From: Candidatus Latescibacterota bacterium
Lineage (GTDB): Bacteria > Latescibacterota > UBA2968 > UBA8231
DNA: 64,000 nt
Reading direction: 5' to 3'
NCBI GenBank assembly: GCA_965248265.1
Contig: CBDFJF010000001.1
Location: 928,001 to 992,000, forward strand
Part shown: piece after piece, positions 58,959 through 64,000 of the stretch
Numbering within the stretch: position 1 is the stretch's first letter
Layout of the letters: every line of letters begins with the position of its first letter
Made by a program: the position numbers and the translations under genes
The notes under the pieces: generated by a model
What the model saw: only the letters and a program-made list of their open reading frames with translations
Databases searched by the model: none
What the model was told of the DNA's origin: nothing

Positions 58959-59897
58959 ATGTCAACTCAAGATATTCTTGTCCGCGGCGAGCAGCCGGGA
59001 GACGAGAGCCAAATTGACTTGGTCCTCAGCCGCGCATTCGACGGCATGGACGAGGCCAACCTCGTCCGCATGCTGCGGCACAGACAGCCCGGTTTTGATC
59101 GATCCCTGTGTATATGCGCGTTTGTTGGCGACGTCATGGTAGGGTATACCGGCTTCATCCCTTTCGGCATGCGATTGATGGACTCCAGCGTTTCTGCGGT
59201 CGCTGTCGCGCCCGTCGCAGTTGCCCCAGATTTTCAGCGCCGGGGTATCGCCGGCATGATGCTGCGCCGTGGCCACGAAGTAGCACAAGAGGCCGGCTAC
59301 AGGCTCGCCTGCCTCAACGGCCATCCCGACTATTATCCTCGCCACGGCTACATCGCATGCTTCGGCTTCTGCAAGACAATGCTGGATCTCGACGTGTTAC
59401 CCGCGCCACGTATCGAACTGGAGGCCTGGCCTGTACAGGCGGACGATATTGCCTGGTTGATAGGATGTGATGAACGTGAGTGGCATAGTGTCGATTTCAC
59501 CTGGCCGCGAAGCAACGGACTCTGTGAGTGGGCCATCGAGGGGGTCAATGCCGTGATGTGGCGGGCTCGAGACGGGCGACGGGCAGCCTACAGCCTCTGT
59601 CGGCCCGGTCTGCGCGGACCTGGCCGACACCTGGAAACTCTCCTGGGGGACGACCCCGAACTCGTGCAAGAGGTGATTGCCCACATTAAACCTGGAAGAA
59701 TTACGAATCATCCCGCGGGATGGCTTGCGAAAAATGTTCTAAACGAGTCGTGGGCAAAGTGCGAAGCCAATAGCAGTCAGGCGGCGATGGCATATCCTCT
59801 TGTTGACGGCGTGCTTGACCCATATCTTGCCGCCCTCGAATCGGGACAACGTCAAGCGGGCACCTGCAACTGGCCTGTGCCATTCATAATGTGTTGA
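58959..59897 (+). CDS. GNAT family N-acetyltransferase
   Basis: VAPVAVAPDFQRRGIAG and GHPDYYPRHGY. Confidence 0.85.
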   Translation: MSTQDILVRGEQPGDESQIDLVLSRAFDGMDEANLVRMLRHRQPGFDRSLCICAFVGDVMVGYTGFIPFGMRLMDSSVSAVAVAPVAVAPDFQRRGIAGMMLRRGHEVAQEAGYRLACLNGHPDYYPRHGYIACFGFCKTMLDLDVLPAPRIELEAWPVQADDIAWLIGCDEREWHSVDFTWPRSNGLCEWAIEGVNAVMWRARDGRRAAYSLCRPGLRGPGRHLETLLGDDPELVQEVIAHIKPGRITNHPAGWLAKNVLNESWAKCEANSSQAAMAYPLVDGVLDPYLAALESGQRQAGTCNWPVPFIMC

Positions 59898-60099
59898 GAT
59901 CGCCGGTTGACGGAGACATGACGAGCTTTTGCGTTGGAGTTGCCCTCGTCACTCGGCCGTCTGTCAGGGCGTCAATCTGCTCAGTTACGGTCCGACCCTG
60001 GTTCTTTAGCTCCGTTCGGCGCTTATTAAGGTTGCCGATTAACTCGTCGGCCCCAGACAATGCCACCGTCCACCCTCCAGAATCCGTTGAGGTTTGACC

Positions 60100-61734
60100 A
60101 TGAACTCGGACACCTACACCGTGAACCACTGGAACGAGGCAGCGCGCGCGCAAGAGCGCTCAATTCTTACAGCGGAGCAGAACTTTACCTTTGATGCGCT
60201 CGGGTTCGTCGTGCTGCCGCAGGTCCTCAGCCTGGCCGAACTGTCCGCGTGCCGCGACAGCAGCGATGGGCTGGGCGACCTCTGCGGCGAGGCCGGCACC
60301 GTCGGGCGCTACGTGCGTGAGCTGTGCCGCGATGGCTTTCGCCAGGACGGCCATGTGAGGCACGTCCCAGCCGGCGCCGCAGGAGGACACGACCAGGCCT
60401 CGCTGCCACTGGAAGGCGGGGTGGATACGCTGGATCGGGCCTACATCAACCTAACGGGGTGGAATGGCCGCAACGCCGATGGAGCTTCGCTCTCGCGGGC
60501 CGGCGGCGACTGGGAAGAGGTCCGCATCCGGCAGTGCCAGGGCTTGGTGGTGGTCGTCGCACTCACGGAGTCTGCAGGTGGCACGTGCCCGCTGGTAGTA
60601 GTACCCGCTACGCACAAGAGCGGGCTGCCTGCCCCGCCGATTCCGTCCTCCAGCCCGTTCGCTGAACGCCCGGTGCTGGCGGCCGGCGACGTGCTGCTGT
60701 GCGCCGCCAGCACGCTGCACGGGGTCTGCCCGCAAGGTGCTGGTGGTGAGCTGCTCATCGTAAATTTCATCTCGCGCTCGGCTCGGCCACAGGTGCCACC
60801 CGAACAGCAGGACGAGGCATCCCTGCCTGCCTGGGCGGAAGAGCTCGGCGAGGCTGAGCGAACCGTGCTGGCGGGCGGCGACTCGCGTCGCGTGCTCCTG
60901 TCGGACGGTACTGCCACCTGGCTGACGCCTGCAGACGATGCCGACGTGGCGCAGCGGGCCTCCTCCCCCCTCGAGTTCGGACGCGGAGACGACGACGCCG
61001 AGCGCTGGGCGTTCGACACCCACGGCTATCTATTGGTTGAGGGCGTCATGGACGATGACTGGATCGATGCGGCCGTGGCGGGCATCGACGCCAACCTCGA
61101 TCGCATGGTGTACCGAGGCACAGGGGACAAGCTTGACGGGGACGTGACGCTTGCTGACATCCCCGGGGCGCCGACGATCTCGGGCACGGGGCGGCCTGAC
61201 CTGAGAGACTTGTTTCAGCTACCGACGCCGCACAATGCGCCTTTCCTCAAAATGCTGGCGCATCCGGCCGTCATCCAGCGCCTGAACTGGATGATTGGAG
61301 CAGGTTACCGGGTAACTCAGAACACGGCCCTGTGCCACGTCAAAGGCTCGAGCGGGCAGATGCTGCACTCGGGAAACGCCAACCCGACCTGCATCGGCAA
61401 GCACTACGAGATGGTGAACGGGCGCGTGCACACGAGGTCAGGCATCAACGTCGCTTGGCAGCTCACCGACGTCGGGCCCGACGATGGCGGGTTTGTCGTA
61501 GTGCCGGGCACTCACAAATCTTGCTACCCTCTGCCGCACTCGGTGCGGACGTGTAACGAGCGCGCTCCGATCCGCCACGTTCCCATGCGTCGCGGGTCTG
61601 TTCTCTTCTTTTTGGGTGGAACTGTCTGTCACGGAGCGTACCGCTGGGAGGCTGAGTTACCGAGGCGGACAGCGCTCTTCACGTACGGGCACGACGCTCG
61701 GCGCCCTTTTGCATGGCCCTCGAGCAAACTGTGA
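60100..61734 (+). CDS. Tandem-domain phytanoyl-CoA dioxygenase (PhyH) family protein
   Basis: FDALGF/FDTHGYL, VVPATHK/VVPGTHK and a C-terminal His in each half. Confidence 0.75.
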   Translation: MNSDTYTVNHWNEAARAQERSILTAEQNFTFDALGFVVLPQVLSLAELSACRDSSDGLGDLCGEAGTVGRYVRELCRDGFRQDGHVRHVPAGAAGGHDQASLPLEGGVDTLDRAYINLTGWNGRNADGASLSRAGGDWEEVRIRQCQGLVVVVALTESAGGTCPLVVVPATHKSGLPAPPIPSSSPFAERPVLAAGDVLLCAASTLHGVCPQGAGGELLIVNFISRSARPQVPPEQQDEASLPAWAEELGEAERTVLAGGDSRRVLLSDGTATWLTPADDADVAQRASSPLEFGRGDDDAERWAFDTHGYLLVEGVMDDDWIDAAVAGIDANLDRMVYRGTGDKLDGDVTLADIPGAPTISGTGRPDLRDLFQLPTPHNAPFLKMLAHPAVIQRLNWMIGAGYRVTQNTALCHVKGSSGQMLHSGNANPTCIGKHYEMVNGRVHTRSGINVAWQLTDVGPDDGGFVVVPGTHKSCYPLPHSVRTCNERAPIRHVPMRRGSVLFFLGGTVCHGAYRWEAELPRRTALFTYGHDARRPFAWPSSKL

Positions 61735-62068
61735 GCTAATAAGAGCGCTGTGTGTCGGCAATATTGCACCGGGCCTCGCTGTGCGACATGGTCGTGCCAA
61801 ACGGTGATCCTGGTCCCGCCGTCACTGTCAAAACACTCTTGCTGCCACCACGGGGACGCCTAGCGTAGCCTCAGGAGGATACAATTATGGGGTCACTCGG
61901 CGGCGTCGGAGATAGAGCACCAGCGTTCGAGATCCCAGGTGTATTCGCGTCCGTCGCCAGTCTGAGGTTGGCCGCCCCATTCTTGTGCCATACCCTATTC
62001 TCGCTGATATTCGGGCCGATCATCGTCTCTCATTTAGTTTCTCGAAACCAGTTACAGGAGATCAGGCA

Positions 62069-62545
62069 ATGAGAAAATTCACCTTGGTTTCATTTGCCAT
62101 CCCGCTGCTAATCGGAATCGGCGCAGACAGCACAGTGGGACAAACCGGCCCCTGCGAACCGATCTACGCCACCCCAGAGGAACTCACCTGGAAGGACGCC
62201 CCTTCGATCGGACCTGGCGCCATGATCGCCGTCATTGAAGGGAACATGAAGAAACCCGAACACTTTACGGCTCGTATCAAGGTGCCAGCCGACACCGATA
62301 TTCCGCCTCATACCCACCCTACCACCGAGCGTGTGACGGTCATTTCCGGCACGCTTCACTTCGCTCACGGTGCCAAGTTCGACCGATCCAAGACCAAGGC
62401 CTTCCCTGCTGGCAGTCTGCTGGTCATGCCCACGGGGATGCCGATGTACGCGTTTTGTGAAGAGGAGACCGTGATACAGCTCAACGGTGTGGGTCCGTGG
62501 GGCATCTTCTATCTCGACCCCGCAGATGACCCCCTAAAGAAATAG
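62069..62545 (+). CDS. Exported cupin-domain protein
   Basis: Signal peptide and PPHTHPTTERVTVISG. Confidence 0.8.
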   Translation: MRKFTLVSFAIPLLIGIGADSTVGQTGPCEPIYATPEELTWKDAPSIGPGAMIAVIEGNMKKPEHFTARIKVPADTDIPPHTHPTTERVTVISGTLHFAHGAKFDRSKTKAFPAGSLLVMPTGMPMYAFCEEETVIQLNGVGPWGIFYLDPADDPLKK

Positions 62546-62771
62546 AATCCGGCCCCTTATCCTGCCGAAATAGGCCCGACTGACCTGGACCAGAATCGAG
62601 TTGGCCAAACAGCCCGGTTCGCACGGTTTACGATGACCGAGTTCCCTGTTCCGCAGTACAAGGAGATCACCGCATCGCTCTATGAGTTGCAGGCGGATTC
62701 CCGCAGGGCGGAAGCACCCTGCTAGCGGGGTGCCTTCAGATCCTGATACGCCCTGCAGCGTGAAATCACCC

Positions 62772-63500
62772 ATGCCCAGCTTCAGAGCCTTTCGGCAATT
62801 CAACGAGGGACTACCAACGGGGGTTGTGGCGTCGACATATGGCCTGAATCGCGCCGTTGCTGACCGCTACTTTCCTGGTGATTCCCTGCACTCGACGATC
62901 GTGCGAGCGCTGGCAGCTGCACGGTGTATCCCGATCAAAGAAGTGGTGGAAAGCTTCGAGGTATTCGAGGCCGTCCGTCGGGACATTCGCTCTCCCATTG
63001 TCGCCGATCTGTGCTGCGGTCACGGCCTTGTGGGTATCCTCATGGCGGCATTCGAGCGACGCGTCGAAACCGTCCATCTGTGCGACGGCAGAGCACTGGA
63101 GGACAGTGAACGGACCTTGGCTGCCGTCGAGCAAGTAGCACCCTGGACCAGCGGGAAAGTGCACCATCACGTCATCAAGTTGAAGCAGATAGATGGAAAG
63201 ATCCCCTTTGCGAGCGCGCTGGCAACACACGCGTGTGGTTTACTCACTGACGGTTGTATCGAACTGGCGATCAATAAGTGCTGTCCGATCGCTGTAACGC
63301 CATGCTGCTATGCAAAACAGACGTCTCCAGCACCACCCGTTCTGCAGCGGGAGCTCGGTCTGGAAGTGGCCAGCGATGCGGAGCGGACCCTTCGGTTGCA
63401 TCAAGCGGGCTATACTGTGAAGTGGAAGTACATTCCCGCGCAGATCACACCGATGAACCGTATCATCATCGGGAAGCCTGGTTGCCCATCGTCCAGGTGA
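62772..63500 (+). CDS. Methyltransferase-domain protein
   Basis: DLCCGHG, HACGLLTD, PCC and TPMNR. Confidence 0.78.
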   Translation: MPSFRAFRQFNEGLPTGVVASTYGLNRAVADRYFPGDSLHSTIVRALAAARCIPIKEVVESFEVFEAVRRDIRSPIVADLCCGHGLVGILMAAFERRVETVHLCDGRALEDSERTLAAVEQVAPWTSGKVHHHVIKLKQIDGKIPFASALATHACGLLTDGCIELAINKCCPIAVTPCCYAKQTSPAPPVLQRELGLEVASDAERTLRLHQAGYTVKWKYIPAQITPMNRIIIGKPGCPSSR

Positions 63501-63543
63501 TCCGATGATCGACCAGTGTTTGGCAACTGAGACGCAAACCGCA

Positions 63544-63867
63544 ATGAAATTTCACTATCTCGTGCGGGGCATTGTGTTCGAGGATGGCAAAGTGCTTCTG
63601 GCGCATCAGAAAGGAGCCGACCACACGTTTTTGCCAGGCGGTCATATCGAAAACGGCGAGAAGGCGGAAACGGATTTGATTCGAGAGCTTGAGGAAGAAA
63701 TAGGAAAGAAGGCGCCCTCTGATAGAGTGTCTCATGAACCGGCAATCAGATTACAACGGCTAACGGGGAACGTCGCTATAGAAGATGGCATACAAAGTAG
63801 ATTCTGCTCATGGATATTGAGTGGTGGAGCGGTACGTTTCGATCGTGACGGGCTCACGCCAGTTTGA
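63544..63867 (+). pseudogene. NUDIX hydrolase, probably truncated after the Nudix box
   Basis: LPGGHIENGEKAETDLIRELEEEIG, then sequence with no recognisable NUDIX C-terminal half. Confidence 0.55.
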
Positions 63868-63876
63868 AAGTCTCAC

Positions 63877-64000
63877 TCACCTGAATCGAAACGAAAACAG
63901 GTCGGCGTCTTTGACTTCGAACCGCACCCGGACTGGCCTTTCGGCAAAGGGACCGTGCCCGTCTGTCTTCCAGGTGACGGTTCCCGCGATCTCGTCACCC
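63877..64000 (-). CDS. C-terminal end of a GH32-like propeller protein (partial)
   Basis: GDEIAGTVTWK...PVRVRFEVKDADLFSFRF*, similar to the C-terminus of 34122-35528. Confidence 0.65.
   Translation of the reverse strand, partial: GDEIAGTVTWKTDGHGPFAERPVRVRFEVKDADLFSFRFR

Noticed and set aside
59884-60153. 89-aa minus-strand coiled-coil-like ORF
   Set aside because: It overlaps both flanking genes and has no RBS or family evidence.

Overview
Bacterial chromosomal window of roughly 60% GC by eye. The FlgD/T9SS-like 'NYPNPFNP' domain and a C-terminal TWGxIK motif suggest an FCB-type lineage such as Latescibacterota (inference). Layout: (1) 1-24.6 kb is a dense signalling island. It has two REC+GAF-like regulators, two FapA/DUF342 proteins, two sigma54 activators and a long minus-strand run containing kaiA3-like, kaiB and kaiC genes behind a consensus sigma54 promoter. 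An IS630, an ISL3 and a nonsense codon interrupt it. (2) 24.7-35.5 kb holds a MarR regulon with palindromic operators, BlaI/BlaR1 and a ZTP riboswitch ahead of an AICAR transformylase. (3) 35.8-42.5 kb is an integron cassette array with no integrase in the window: four cassettes, attC sites, one non-canonical GAT core, an IS481 and a HigBA module. (4) 42.5-64 kb holds catabolic genes. The most striking element is at 58.56-58.91 kb: an unannotated leader peptide with six consecutive Gln codons sits in a four-segment attenuator directly upstream of two tRNA-Gln genes, and both tRNAs have C instead of the near-invariant U33. All calls were made by eye, with no database searches.
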